Source: Lama glama (taxonomy: Eukaryota). Taken from it: DNA of 64,000 nt. The stretch spans positions 7,070,001 through 7,134,000 of the forward strand of contig CM052816.1 of assembly GCA_028534125.1 (NCBI GenBank), in the 5' to 3' direction. Shown in pieces: positions 1 through 14,200 of the stretch. The translations under genes were made by a program, and so were the position numbers. Below the pieces are notes generated by a model. That model made no database searches. It was not told where the DNA came from and saw nothing but the letters and a program-made list of their open reading frames with translations. How positions within the stretch are numbered: position 1 is the first letter of the stretch; the number at the start of each line of letters is the position of its first letter.

Positions 1-3000
1 CTTGAGGGCTCAGACTGGAAGATGCCTCTACCGCGTTATTGTCCTGTTGCCTCCTTAAGGATTTCTCATGAACACAACGGCAGGCGATAGGTTTGCTCAT
101 ACGCGGGTGCTATTTCATGCTGTTTTGATGGAGCTGTGTGGTGACTTAAAGCAATAATTAAGGTGCTTTACCATTCTTTGGAACAGCGAAATGAGTTCCA
201 AAGTAGAAATTGTTGCCCAATCATTTTTAGGATCATTAAGGCTTCTCGAGCCAGCATCCAGGCCACTGCTTCTCCGTCTTTTGGTCCCACCCCACCTCCA
301 CTTTCTTCTGGCAGCGTGTTCTGTTTCATCAGTTTGTGCATCTCGACTCTGCCAGGAGATGCTGATGTCTTTCTGAGGGAGTGGGGAGTGGGGTGTTGGG
401 GTGGGGACTAGAATGGACGTAGTGGCTCCCACCTCATTTGTTTTAACGCCGTGATTTCTATTCTTTCCTTTCGCTCTTGCATTTTGAAATTTCACTGCTC
501 TGGAAAATTTCCATTGAAACAGGGGGTCAAGAAATCAGACTATAGAGAACGGCAAACCCAAAATATACCCCCCAGGGAGCTCAGTGACAAAAATTATATT
601 CTACATAAGGCCATTAACCAGCTACAGAGCAGTACCAGCCAGCCAACGTGGGGATGAAAGACATGTGCTGGTTACATGCAGGCTGCAAGCACGACGGCTC
701 TCCCATTCCCACGCCTGCCCTGCTCCCCAGCTCCCCACATTGCCTTGTTTTTGGCCTGCCTTCTTTCAGATTCAACTGCTTTCTTACACAACTGCAGAAA
801 CCCAGTATTCTGTTTAAGCACACCTGCCCTGTGAGGTGGACAGAGGTCAATGGGAAGTGGGTCCCCGTTACGACGCGACCTCAGGCTCACCATGGACACG
901 TAGGTAAGCTCCTTCACCTTTGTCGGCCTGCTCACCCCCCAGATAGAGGAGCTGAGGGAGACTTTTCAAAGCCAAACTCTCGATACTTTGATGGGTTGTA
1001 GAAAAAAAAAAAAAAAAAAAGAAAGAGTATACTGTGTATTGTAAAAGGTTTCACTGTTTCCCCATTTCAGTGTCAGGCTTGGAACGCCATCACAGGCCTT
1101 CAGTGGGGAGACAGGGAGGCGTTAAAAAGAACAGCTTTGGTCCTCGAGGAGATTAGAGTCTTAATATTTTTGTTTTGCCGTGACAGCCTAGGTGTTTCAC
1201 GGTACTGACAGACTAGCTTCTCACCTGAGAATCCCATCAAACATCGGAACTACGTTCCATGCTGGTACATTAGCATGCATGTCCTGTGAAGGCTGTAACC
1301 CATTTCCCGTGACACTTGTTTGAATTCTGTCTGCCAGAGATTCTGGAAGAATCAAAGAGAAACGCATCAGAGCAGAACTTGTGAAATATCCCTAGGGAAG
1401 TAACTGCTGTGACTTCAAGTCCCCTCCCAGCCTGTCCCCTACACACCATTTAATCATAAGAAACTTCCACCAAGACTTAAGAATATTTTCCTCTGTCCCT
1501 GCTACTCCTGCAGATAAAGGCAAAAAAAAAAAAAAAAAAAAAGGAAATGTTCCAGACCATTTGGAAGGTTCATCTGAATTCATACCATTAGCTAGGGTAT
1601 ACTAATAAGAAACATCATAGCAGGTAAGGCTGGACTTGAGCCAGCTCTCTCCACCTCCCCGACTCCCAAACAAAACCTCACCCTCACAACGATGTTTCTG
1701 AAACTGCTTCCACACTCTGTAGCTCCAGCAAACTCTCCTTCTAATCAGAAAACACTGCTTCTGTCTTTCCCAACAGAGAAGTATTTATGCTTTATAGAAA
1801 CAGAAGCTCTTCAAAATGTTTATAGGGTGACATTCTGACAAATGATCTTCACTCTCCCTTCATCTGGCCCTGAAATTAATAAGAATATTACAGATTGAAA
1901 ATTCTTTTCTTGTTCCCAAAGTTAAAAATATTAATAATTTTTTTAATTTAGATTTCCCATAAGATAATAAAATGGAAGCAATGCTTCTGTTAGGAAACCA
2001 ACCATTTCCTCCCCCTGCTCCTCATCACCATACAGCCACTTCCTTGCTCCTGAAAGATTCAAATCAGGGTTATTTTAAAAGACCCCTAGAATGGATAGAT
2101 GTGTGATAAAACAAATACAGTGACACTATAACTGTATGGTCTAGGGGGTTAACAGAGAGAGGCACTGTAAAATTCTTTCCCATTTCCCCCTCCGTTTCCT
2201 CAGAGCCTCAGTCTTCCTGTCTGTACAACAGGAGCACTGAATGGTTGAGCTTGAAGAGTTTTCCCAGCTGTGAAGTTTTGGGGTTTTTTTCTTTTTTTTT
2301 TTAAGTCCACTTTTCTAGTTGTCTTTCAGTTGCAGAAGAAAACAGAAGGACTTCCCCAGGTTCTAAGGCGGTCTCAGGCTGCTTCTCCTCTCTGAACCCA
2401 TCTGTGGTTTTCCTGGTGCTGGGCAGGGCACGAGCTTCCAATAAGGCTGAGACGCAAGTAGGCAAGTGGCCTTGAGTGAGGCCGTTCCCTCTTTGACCCT
2501 CAGGTTCTCTATGTCTCTGAGGATAATACCCACAGCACAGACCAGATAGAACGAAGGAATGATTGTTAACTCCACCTCCTCGTCGTAAACTGTAGAGCAT
2601 TTTCATTGTCTCGACCTCTGAAATTCCTTATCACTTCTTCCTGTTTGCCAGAAGAGGTCATCAAAAAGCTTTCTTTCAGAATTGAGGTCGGCTCCTCAAG
2701 GGCCAAATCCACCGGCCCGAATGAGTAGCTGATTCAGCGACATTTCACGCCTGGCCCCAGGGGTTCTCTCACTGGTGAGGGACCCCATGCTTGCCTCAAG
2801 AGCTTGTACACACATGGAGACCGAAATTCTAGGAGTGATTCCACTTACCAAGCATCTATGTCTTTTTCCCACCAAGACCATTTAAGTACCAACTAAATAG
2901 AAGGCATCACATGGAGCTCTGCGCATAGTGGTCGCTCACACGTAGACTGTTAACAGTTTGTGAATAAACCTTGACTATCACGACACTGTTGAACACCTAC

Positions 3001-5431
3001 TGTATGTCAGACTCTTTATGTAATTTAATTCCCACAGTGGCCCTGATCTTATTTCCCCTTTTATAAACGAGGAAACTAAGGCTCAGAAAGGTTATTTTAC
3101 TAGCCCACGTCAAAGCCTTGCTGAAGTTTGACATTATATAGGCAATGGGAAGCTAAGTTTTGGAATAGGCATGGCATCTTGTCTTTATCTCTTCCATTCG
3201 TGTTTGACTTCACTATTGCACTGTAGCCTTAGTCACCCGCCTGTAAAAAGCTCTTATTTTCCTAGATTGTTGAGCCTAACAGCAAGTAATTGATGTGGTA
3301 GTTTACTTTGTCATTAGAACCAGTATAGAGCGTTTGTTAGTTTTAACTTAAATGAATCTTACAACTGATAAAACACATGGTTCCTACTGCCTACGTACAC
3401 TCCCACATACATAAATATAACCACCTGTATTTATGCTAAACGCCGAGGCACGCTGTCTTCTGCTAGCCTGGAAATCACATCTTGCTCAAGAACCAAACAA
3501 GACAATCCTTGGCCTTCCTCTCCTCAGAACTTGGTCCTGAACAATGTTAATGAGCCCACTTTAAAGGGCTGAGAGCCTAACAGTCCAGTTTTCGGTGCAT
3601 GAAGGATCTGGAGTTGACATGGGGCCATGTTCTGGCTACAGAACTGGGGAAGAGAACAATTCACTGTGTACCTGGAATGGCTTGGCTTTGGCTGGAATCA
3701 TGAGTAAGGACTAGACCTTTTCTGGAAGGCGTTCCTAAGTCTAGAACCCCTTCGAAACATTTACTCAACTAAGAACCTGCTACAAACAATACGAGGCCTA
3801 GGAATCAAAGATAAGCATCATCCCTAACGCCAGAACTCAACGATTTAGTGACGTCAGATGTGATACGAACAACTAATTAAAAGGAAGATGTGGTCACGCA
3901 TGAGGCCAGGAGAGAAACTGTCTCGCAGGGATAATTCAAGGTCTCCTGGGGACGGGTCATTTGAACTCAGACTCCAAACGATAAGCTGTTTTCCACAGCA
4001 GTTCACTTTCTGGATTTATGTCGCTGTGGACTCACCCACCTTTCAGAGGGCTAAACACAGGCAACCACTCCCCCCGAGCAGCTGCTGAGGTAGGAGCACC
4101 CGCTGTGAGGCGCCGTGGAACCGCCTGACCCCTGTCCCAGCACAGGAGGGCCTCCTGACAGTTCCTTACCTTCTCCAGGCCTCGGAAATCAAGTGGGAAA
4201 ATGGAACTATAGGGAAATACATGGACGTAACCCTCCCCCACATACTCAAAAATATTTTAAGAAGCTACTACTTGTCTCCAAGTCCTTCTGTTCCTGACAT
4301 GACAGCCCCTTAGGTAACTTTATGTGTACAAACGAGCCAGACTGGTCCATGCAATAGGCCTCTTCTTACTGCATTTCCTAGGACCCCCTTGGCCTCACCC
4401 ATGACTCTTCTTCAACTGCAACCCCAAGTTTGGCCTGTGGCCTAACAGGACCATAAGCTACTAGCAGTGAGGCTAGCAATGTCTTGGCTACTGCTCTGAG
4501 CATCAGGGCAGCGACTTCTGTGTAGCTTGGGATGCTGGTGAGCAAACTGACACTGAACGGACCCTATCTAGTGACCACAAGTCAGTTTCAGTGAGTCTCC
4601 AGGCAACTGTTATGTCCTTGCTTTTGGATTTTTGCAGAATGCCTCGGCCTAGAGAAAGCAGCTCAAGGTTTGAGCTGGCAGCTGAAGAGATTTCAAAAGA
4701 AAGCGTTATAGCCAGAACTAGAATATACATATTCTTCCCAGTTTTTCTATCAGCTTTGTTTTTAACCTGCCTGTCTCCGCCTACCTATTTATTAAATCTA
4801 TTATGGCAAGGCAGTGGACCATGAAAGCAGGGCATCAGAATAAAACACAGCTTCTTTTCTCACAATATAGGAAGGGATGATGGAAGTACCAAGATTATTA
4901 TTCATGTGGAATGCAGGAAACGTGAGAGAAAGGAGGCCGCTATGGACCGGGCAGAAGATAAAGCATGAGGCGATTCATGGCTCAAGGGCCATTTGAGCAG
5001 TAGTACCTTAAAAACCATGAGAATTTGACGGATGCAAGGAGTATTCTGGCAGAAGGAACACGAGTCAAAATATGGAGGTAAATAATAAGGGGCACAACGT
5101 AGGCACAGTGACTACCAATTTGGCTAAAGCACAACGCACGGCAGGCACATCAGCAAAGAGACTTGGAATAATCAGAACAAGCTGACATATAGCACAAGGG
5201 TCAGGACTTTACTGAGTATGGCAGTCCTCAAGGACAGACCAGCAGGCTTTCCTGCAGGGGCAGAGCAGTTCATCCTATCCCTTCTCGGTAAGCTGATACT
5301 TCCAGCCTAACTCACATGTCCTTGTACTTTCTTGTGGGGAACTTACCTTTCCTTCATCTCAGCAGCAGATATACTTAGTACCCACTAGCATCTCACATCT
5401 TCAACGACATCAATCCAAGCCAGCAAGCACT

Positions 5432-5525
5432 GGGGGTCGGGGATATAGCTCAGTGGTAGAGCGTGTGCTTGGCATGCATGAGGTTCTGGGTTCAATCCCC
5501 AGTGCCTCCATTAAGGGGGAAAAAT
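5432..5525 (+). mobile_element. tRNA-Ala-derived SINE (camelid Vic-1-like)
   Basis: G-rich head, A box TAGCTCAGTGG, B box GGTTCAATCCC, CCTCCA end; several related copies in the window. Confidence 0.85.
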
Positions 5526-8224
5526 TGCATTAAGCGTTTAGTTTGTGCTACATAGGCAATAAAGGTATGGTAAAGTCATGGTTCTACACTAAACTCACTG
5601 TTCTACAGTGATTCTGGAAAAGTTACTTCTAGAGTTCTATTTTAAGTCAAATAGCAGGCCAATACTTAGAACAATGCAGGTATTTCTAAAGGAGGGCTTG
5701 TGGTCCTGATCTATTTTTGTTGATCTGAAATATTAAACAAGCCAACCTAGAAGAAAAGTGTAATCTAGCGTGTCTTTTTATTCTCAACTGTAACTGAAAT
5801 TATCTTTTCCCAACCTAGAGAGAATCTCTCTATTCAAAGCAGGAAATCATGTCCATAAAGAAAAAAAGGCTCGGAGGGTGAAAAAGTCAAATATGAATAG
5901 AAAAAAAAGGATAAAATGTAACTGGTTTTTAGTAAGTCATTGCTTGTGGAAGTATTTAAAAAGAACAGTTTCTTTCAAAATGCTTTACCTTTCTCTAGGA
6001 AGAATATTTTGGTGAAAGAGGTTAGTATTACCTAGCCTAGTAAATGAAAGATTGCGCCAAATCTTTTTTAGAAGTGGTGCTCACGTTATCAATTAAGCAG
6101 TTTGCTAAACTCGATCTATTCCACATGAGATCTATCTCTACCTCATTTAAAGGTGTACCATGTTCAACAAGTCATTCAGCCTGAGTAGTAGGTAAGAGGC
6201 TAAAAAACCTGGCCACTCCCACAGTGCATTTCCGAGCGCTAAAAATTCATACTATTTCGTATCTTAATGGTTTAATCTTCCAATACTTAATCCATTATAT
6301 TTTCAGCAGTAACAAAATTAGTGTATTAAATCCCAAAGGCGTGCATCTTGCTACTTAGCGTATTGAATATAGATAAAATTCCTACCCAGTGTGATTCCTG
6401 TGCATATCAAAAAAAGTGCAAAAAATGTTCTCAAACAAAACAAAAGAAAAAAAGCAAGCTAAATAGCCAAGTTCTACTTTCAAGACAAACATACTAGGGA
6501 CCTCAGCAGCCTCCATAAGTTTGAAATAGGACACAATGCACATCTTCACCTGCTATAATTAGACTTGAAATGTAAAATGTGAAACACAAAGTGACCAACA
6601 CCAAAATCTCTTTTAAGCCTCTACATAAGGTTGCCAAAGGGTATCCATATGTCTGTCTGGATCAGTTCAAAATTGCTTTATCTAGAGTTGATGCAAACCA
6701 CTGAAATGCAAATAACTAGTGTCATTTTGGGTAAAGAACAGTTGGAAAGGACAGTGACTGCTCACTTTCTAAGTGTTTAAACATACTAAAGTGCTTCAAA
6801 GTCACACACTATTTGATCCTCTCCCAGGATAGGCCATTTCCAGAGACATCATTCTCAGACTCGCCTAGCCCAGGGAACGCACGCGAGGAGACCCAATTAC
6901 CTTGCAGCCATAGTTGTTGTCAACATCCCAGGGTCCTAGTTGGAAACTGGCCCATTAAAGAACTGGGGATGAACAGGACTACTTGATATCCAATTCACAG
7001 CTAAGACAACATTAATGAAAAAGCAGTGTTAGACTGATCTAAAACATTCCAACATGAGTTATAACATCACAATAAAGGCTCAGTCAGTCACTAATTTCTT
7101 TACATAATTTATCTGAGATTTAGTTAGCATCATTTCTAATTTTGACAAGATCCATCCACTAAGATCGGCCAGTTTCTGCCAAAAGAATCAGAGGGTGCCA
7201 TCTCGAGTTGCCCCCCAAACTTGCCAAAGCAAATGACTTCTGTGTAACTGGAAGTCATCTCCAAAGGACGTGCCCTTCATGCCTCCCTCATTGCAATCAT
7301 CTAGATATTTGCACAACAGACCTGCCCTTTGTCTTAAAAGTTGCCTGAAGTGATGCTTAAGCAGAAGAGCAAATCCCATGGTTCTTCTGCAAGTGATTTT
7401 ACGTTTCCTTCTTTCCAGAAAGGTAGCTGGCAACTTAAATGTGACACAGTGGGGGTAAAAGTGAAATACTAACTTTCAACAGCTCCAGGGGATGTTACCT
7501 GAAACCTCACACTTTGATCATTACACTGTAACTATTCAAAGTTATTTTAAACCCAAAGAACAGAAAGGCACTGTTTAGTTCTTCAGGTCACAATGCCATC
7601 ACTGGTTGGAGGTAAGAGAAACACAAATTACAATTCTGACTGTAATTCTGATCCTTTGAGATGTGAAAATCATGCTGGGCTGGGCACTGTTAGTTAAGCT
7701 ACAAAGTGCTTCATCACCCAGGATGGAAGAGGTTCAAAGTGACTCATACTTCCATGTAAGACACTACAAAAATCACAAGCCCGTGAAGCAGTAAACTGAC
7801 AGCTAGCCAAAGTAGAAGACATTTCTAAGCAGCAGCCTGGGGACAACTTACACAATTAACTGGCCTGGAAAATTGGGTCAGAATTACTCACAAAGCTCCT
7901 CATCCTTTCCCATAAGAAAATGTGATAGTATGTCTTTTATATGGAAATGTCTTTGAATATATGTGTACATTTGGTATGGCCTTAATGCTGCGGGTAAGGA
8001 TTTGTTCGGCTACCACCTTAAGCAGCGTGTTAAGCAATTGCTTCCTTATTGTAGCATTTTTACTTCTCGCTGGACTCTTAACCTTGAGCAATCAATTCCC
8101 TTTAGTCCCTAATTCTTCCCTGTTTTTTGCATGAAATCATAAACGTTATGGCAGTTACTTTTTGGCTTGTTAAAAAAAAAACCTATTTCTGCAGTTTGAA
8201 GATGGAATGTAAAATTTCTGTGAT

Positions 8225-11200
8225 ACATGTATATAAAAATATATTTATTGAACCATCCATATACACATATCCATGCTGATTCCAATGGAAAAAAATTAAA
8301 GTTTTCTGCAATTTTCTCTGTGGTTAACTTATAGTTGTTACCGTTTAACCAACTTTACATATGGGAGAACTTTTGAAGTTGGAGAACTTCTGACGTCTTG
8401 CAATTACCTGAGAGAAACCTACATATCACCTGGAAAACATCATTTCACTTGACAAGGCTTTATGCTGTTCATTCAAGACATATTTATTGATAGGTGCTAT
8501 GGGAGATACAAAGATGACTCGGACACAGACCCTGCCCGTAAGGAGCTTACAGTCTAGTAGGGGAGATAGAACACAAACATGGGATACACGATCAGAGCTA
8601 GGTTTCAGTAAGATGAGTCTAATACTGTGTAGAAAGTAGGCTGGGGAGAGGTAAAGGCAGGAGAGGCCACTACATTATGTAGGTGAGGGGGAAAGAGATG
8701 CCAAAGACCTGAGGTAGAACTGACAGGACTTAGCTAGAGACTGGATGTGGGAGGAAGCAAACGGAAGCAGGTGATGTAGACTCACAGCATGGGTGGTGAC
8801 AAACTGAGGACAAAGGACGAGGTCTGTGAAACGAAATGAAACTTGGCACATATAGGTCTTGTGCACAGAAACGAAGTACCCCGGATACACTGGGCACAAT
8901 CAGAAAGAAGAGCTAACTACCCAGACCAGGGATGGAAGTACCTCACGATGACCAATGACTTCCTCCCTTCTTTGCCCACCCCTCAAAATTTCCCAACAAT
9001 CCCCTCCACTCCAAAATGCCATAGTGACTAAAAGCTATTGCAGTAAGTCTGATCTCTAGGCATGCCATCTGTGAGAATATAAACCGAAATACACTAATTT
9101 ATTCAACTCAATGAGTCACCACTTAAGCACGCCTCTGTGCAAGTCACTGTGCCTCCTGGAGGAACAGAGGTGAATTCTCCAGTCCTTGTCCTCTAGGAGC
9201 TTATGGTCTAGTAAGGTAGTAAAACAGACATGCGTCTGTTCTAATTCTAGGTTGAAAGGGTAAGTTATAAGCTATGAGAAAGGTATGAAGTATTCTAGGA
9301 ACACGTATTTTTAAATGAAGGTTGGGACATCTCACAGGAGGGACGATGTGGAAGGAAAGCAGATGAGAGTAAGTTTGTTCCTCGCTTCAAATTCTGGCCA
9401 AATCAACCCCTAAAAACGGGCTAGCCACTCCTATAAAAAATCTTTTCTCTCTTAAGGGAGGAAAAAACAAGCTCTGGAACTAGGTCTTGAAAAAAACGTG
9501 GCTTTGACTGCAAGAGATGGGGGGTTGAGGGGCAATGCAAATGCAAGTCTACCTTCAGGGAAGACAAGGCACTTTAAGCCACAGAATCAGCAATGCCTGG
9601 CTTATTAGAGGATCTGTTAAGTAGCTCAGCATGGCTGGAGCATCCTTCCGTGAAGAACAGCAAAATCACTGGAAAGGAAGATTAGAGCCTGATTCATATA
9701 TGGTGCTGCAGGCACTGATCAGGGTACATGCCTAAGACCAAATTGCTGCCCCTTAGGAGCTTACAGATACAATACAAGGTGGAAAAAGCACCACAATGTA
9801 CAGAATGCAAAATGCTGAAGGATTCAGGAGAAAATTACAGCTGAGTTTCAGCTATTAACACATTAGGATACCCAATAGCTTTCTGACAGCTAGTAGTAAA
9901 CCCATCCCTGAGGGGAGCACAAGTTAATGTCCTTATTGACAACAGGCCCTGGTAGAACTGGGCATTAAGACAGTTCTAAGAAAAGAGAGAAAACCTGGGT
10001 ATGGAAAACAAGCAAGACAAGCAACTGGGTGAGCATATAAAATTTTTGACTCCTTCCCTTTTCTCCCCACATCCTAACCTGTAACAGTTCTGGCTTCCAA
10101 GAGCAAACCTAGGGCAGACTGGCAATTCCTGAAGGTGCTCCACGTTACTTCTATAAGCTTATTTGAAACTCTGCACTAATCAATAATTCTACAGGCAGTC
10201 TATCTTTTGAAAAATGAAGGCGTACAAATCACCTTAGTCCTTTCCAGCACTAACACTCTACGATTCAAAGAATTCTGAGTCTCTCCTGTTTCTTCTGTTA
10301 ATAATCAGAATGGGAAAAGAAAAACTTAAAGGCCTTATTCTGACATGTCTCACTGAAAATTATGATTTTTTTCCTATATAAACGGATGATTCCTATTCCA
10401 TCAGGTAAATTCCACCTCCACCCCTACTCCTCTTCAAAATCCACGATCTACCCATATGATTTTTTAACATTATGTGTTATGTAGAACACATAAAGTATGC
10501 ATTGAATCTTTAAAGAAAGGAAGTCCTTTTTTTCTTCACTACTTCCTTGTGTCTTCATTTAAAAGCATCATTCTTTATAAAAACATTTCAGAATTTAAAC
10601 CAAATCTAAAGTCAAACTGGTCATTTCAAAGCTTAGGTGGAGTATCACTAACCAAAGTGGTTATATTACAGCAATAGTCAAAACTTATATCCAGATTAAT
10701 TTAATAATTACTACCAAAAATAGAGGCAAACTTCCTGTAAGTGGGTTTCTGAGAAATAAATACTTCTTTAAGTAATTCAATAGTGAATTTTTGGTAAGCA
10801 TCCCTTAATCCTTAATTTACTTTTTTCAAAACGGGATGCAATCCCTTAGGAATCTGCAACAGTGGACATATTGCAAAGTTCTAAACATGTATAGATTTCT
10901 GTAACTGGCCACGTCACATGGTTTATGGGGTAACAGTGGAACTGATTTCCAATACTATTTTCCTCTCACAGGGAACTGAAAAAACCACCAGGTTCAAGTG
11001 GAAACTGGAGGAAGGTAGACTGTCCAAGGTTTTAAAAACAAGTCATGCAATCAAAAAGGCGAACAATCTTGATTCTAAGCCAATACAGAAACATAATCAA
11101 AACCGAAACCAGCTTAGCCCACCTCTTAATCAGCCTGCTACTCACTTAGGCCATTATGAAAGACCGTTTTATGAAAGCATAAGCAAAGCAGTCTAATTTG

Positions 11201-14200
11201 AGCATTATCCTGAGCTAGATACACATACACTAAAAAGACTGTAAATAAAAGTTTACATCTTACATGTGCCACCATTTCTCCTTTAATGTAGTCTACGAAG
11301 AGTTCACAATTCTACGCTTGGTCCCCAGAACCTCAATACCACAGCAAACAAATACAAATTCCAAAAGGTACTACCTACCTTAAAACCAGAAATCCTCATT
11401 TATCTAGTACAACATGGCCATTACTTTCTCAGCAACCTTATCCCACATAAGACATTAAGTTTCTAATACTTTCATTCCTTAAGGTTTCTAAAACATTTCA
11501 AGACTAACTCTAATGGTCCACTGCCAATTAATGGTATATTAGGCAGTAACCTAGAAACCCCTATTCAAATAAATGTTGAAGTTGCTTCATTCACAAGGTT
11601 CAAAACTGTTATACTAAAAAATTCAACAATTATCTCATTTGTGTGCCGTTCCTGTAGAGATTAAGTAGCATAAAAATAAACTTTAATATAAATATTTTTT
11701 TAGATCAGTAGATTCGACAAACCCAACCATTTTCTTAAAAGAAATAAGCCACTCAGCAAAAATGGCCTACAAATTTAAAACTTTGATATAGATTCTAACA
11801 AACTTTTCTATAAAGTGCCATGTTTTCCACTAATCATTAAACTCTACAAGGGTTTTCAAAGGGATGAAGAAAAGTATCAGAAGATGGCAGGTCTAAGCAC
11901 AAAACACAACTGTTAAAAACTCACCTGGGATGATGCTATAATACAAGTTTGTTCATCTTCCACATCTAGATTAAGTTGAACTAAATGTGTTATCAAACAG
12001 ATGAGAAAATCTAGTAAGTCACTATTACTGTTACCATAGAATCTGCAGATCAAAACAAGCCCTACAAAATCAATGTTTACTTATCCTGCTTATCCTAAAG
12101 GAACAGAGAACAGTAAGTAACCTTGCTTTGAATGTTTTACACCAGTCTAGTCTCTATAGGGCAGTTATTTACCATGGTCATGTCCTGTTCCCTTACTGTG
12201 ATTTAAATGTAAATACGCAGGCACTATGGTTCTAGAGGAAAAGCATTCAGTTATGGAGGCCAGTCTGCTCCTTGCTACTAGGATTACTTTGAGGCCCAAG
12301 TCCTTTAACTGCTCTGATGTCACTTCATCTATTGGGGGGGGGGGGAGCGGGGGAATGGTACCTAATCCACAGGGTAGTTGTGAAAATTAGTTTTCTAACC
12401 TAAAACTAAAGTGCAATTCAACTAACACTGTGGTAGTAACCTACTCACCCAAAAAGCCATATAATTATTTTTGTAGTATCCAATTCACCACTCCCCAGCA
12501 ACAGCTCAAAAAGCTGAGAATGCAGGAAACACAAGTTAAGCCGAACCTCACCGTGAAAGCAAACGAAAGTATTTTCATATGGCCCAAGACTGATTTATTT
12601 TCAACACGTCTTAAAAGACTGAGACCCACTGAACCAAACTAGTCTTACCCAGTTTAAATATTCATGGGTAAAGGGCCTTAAGCTCAGCAGAACAGTATAC
12701 TGGGTCATTCCTACTGACGACAAATTGTGTTGAATGTGATGAGCTGATGCTGCCTACACAAGACATGCCCTAACCTACTTTACTTTCACTTTCAATGTGT
12801 GAATGTATGTGTATTCTAGGGCGTCACGTTTATTCCATCAGCAACAATGTGAACAATGGCATCGGGATTCCTAATAGTGTTAACCATGATTCCTATTTAT
12901 AAAGTCCAATGCTATTCAAAACTCCACAATATTCCAATTCTGATAACTTGAAATTACTGAAGCAAACTCTTCTTTTCTGTGATTATGCAAAAGTTCCCTG
13001 CAATAAGTTACAAGCGTCTAGTATACTGCTACTAACCTGTCCAAATTTAAAACAGACACATTGGTACAAATAAAGTGAGACTATTAATTCCTCACAGCAG
13101 ATGTCACTGTAATTCCTGAGAGATTTCTACTTGCTAATTTACTTTTCTGAGACACTATCTCAGAGGAGTGAGTCTTCACCCGAGTTGTCCTACTCCGCCA
13201 CCCTGCCCACCATGAATTACAGGAGTAGGGATATCTAAGCTCTCAATGGGATTGCTTCATTTCACAGAACATTTGGCATCGCTGGCCCCCACCCACTAAA
13301 TGCCAGAAGCAGTGTGTGCATCTCCCTCCAACACAGCCCCTAATCTCACACATCCCTAACTGTCCTCCAGGATATAGCACAACAGCCCCAAGTTGAGAAA
13401 CACTGCATCTTGTTAGTACCCTTAATGCTCTGAGAAGGAAGAACTTCTATTTTAAATAGCATGGTTAGTGTTCACTTACAAAAAACGATTTCAGGGTATC
13501 CATAATTTAACACCTAACAGTTACCACAAGTTAAAGTTTTTTTCTTTCAAAAACAACTCAGGCTAAGTTTTCTTCTTTCCACCACAAGCTTAATATAAGC
13601 TACAAAAGTACAAGCTGAATTTCTTCCAATTATCCCTGGCCTGGGTCAAATGAAGTGGTTACCAGTTAGTAATTTAAACTGATCCAAAAAACAGCTATAT
13701 GATTCAGTTATGTAAATTGCTTTATGTAAAGGGGATGTTACCAATTTTCAAATATTTGAGGTACTGAGGACCAACTGATAACATCAAACTTCACTTTAGT
13801 TTAAGACTACACTTTTCAGCAAACCCAGTTTCCCAGTAACAGCAAAACAAACAAAACATTCCCTATTCCTACTCATATACTATCCTCAAACAGTCCTAAA
13901 GGTGAATACTGTTAAGAAGAAAAGAAATAAGTTAAATTTGACAACTTCATTGCCCTTCAATTAGTAATGACAAGTCATCACAAAGGCTTGCTTCACAAAT
14001 GTATAAACAAAACCTTCACCCACTTCACACACAGCACTCAACAGTAACATGCTATATGCAAAACGAGTATTAGTCTATGTTGCCAGATTAAATTTTCTTC
14101 CAGAAACATTTTAATAAAAATTGGCCATTTCCAAGTAACACCCACTGCATCCCGTCAATAAAAGGGAACCATAACAAAATAGAAAATTTACCAAACTGCC

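Noticed and set aside
1..2300. GLRA1 3' end, expected here from recalled mammalian synteny
   Set aside because: I recognised no GLRA1 coding sequence. The region could be distal UTR or downstream DNA, but that cannot be supported from this window.
5439..5510. Functional tRNA-Ala gene
   Set aside because: One of at least seven diverged copies in 64 kb. It has CpG decay, an acceptor-stem mismatch, an atypical anticodon and no Pol III terminator, all consistent with a SINE.
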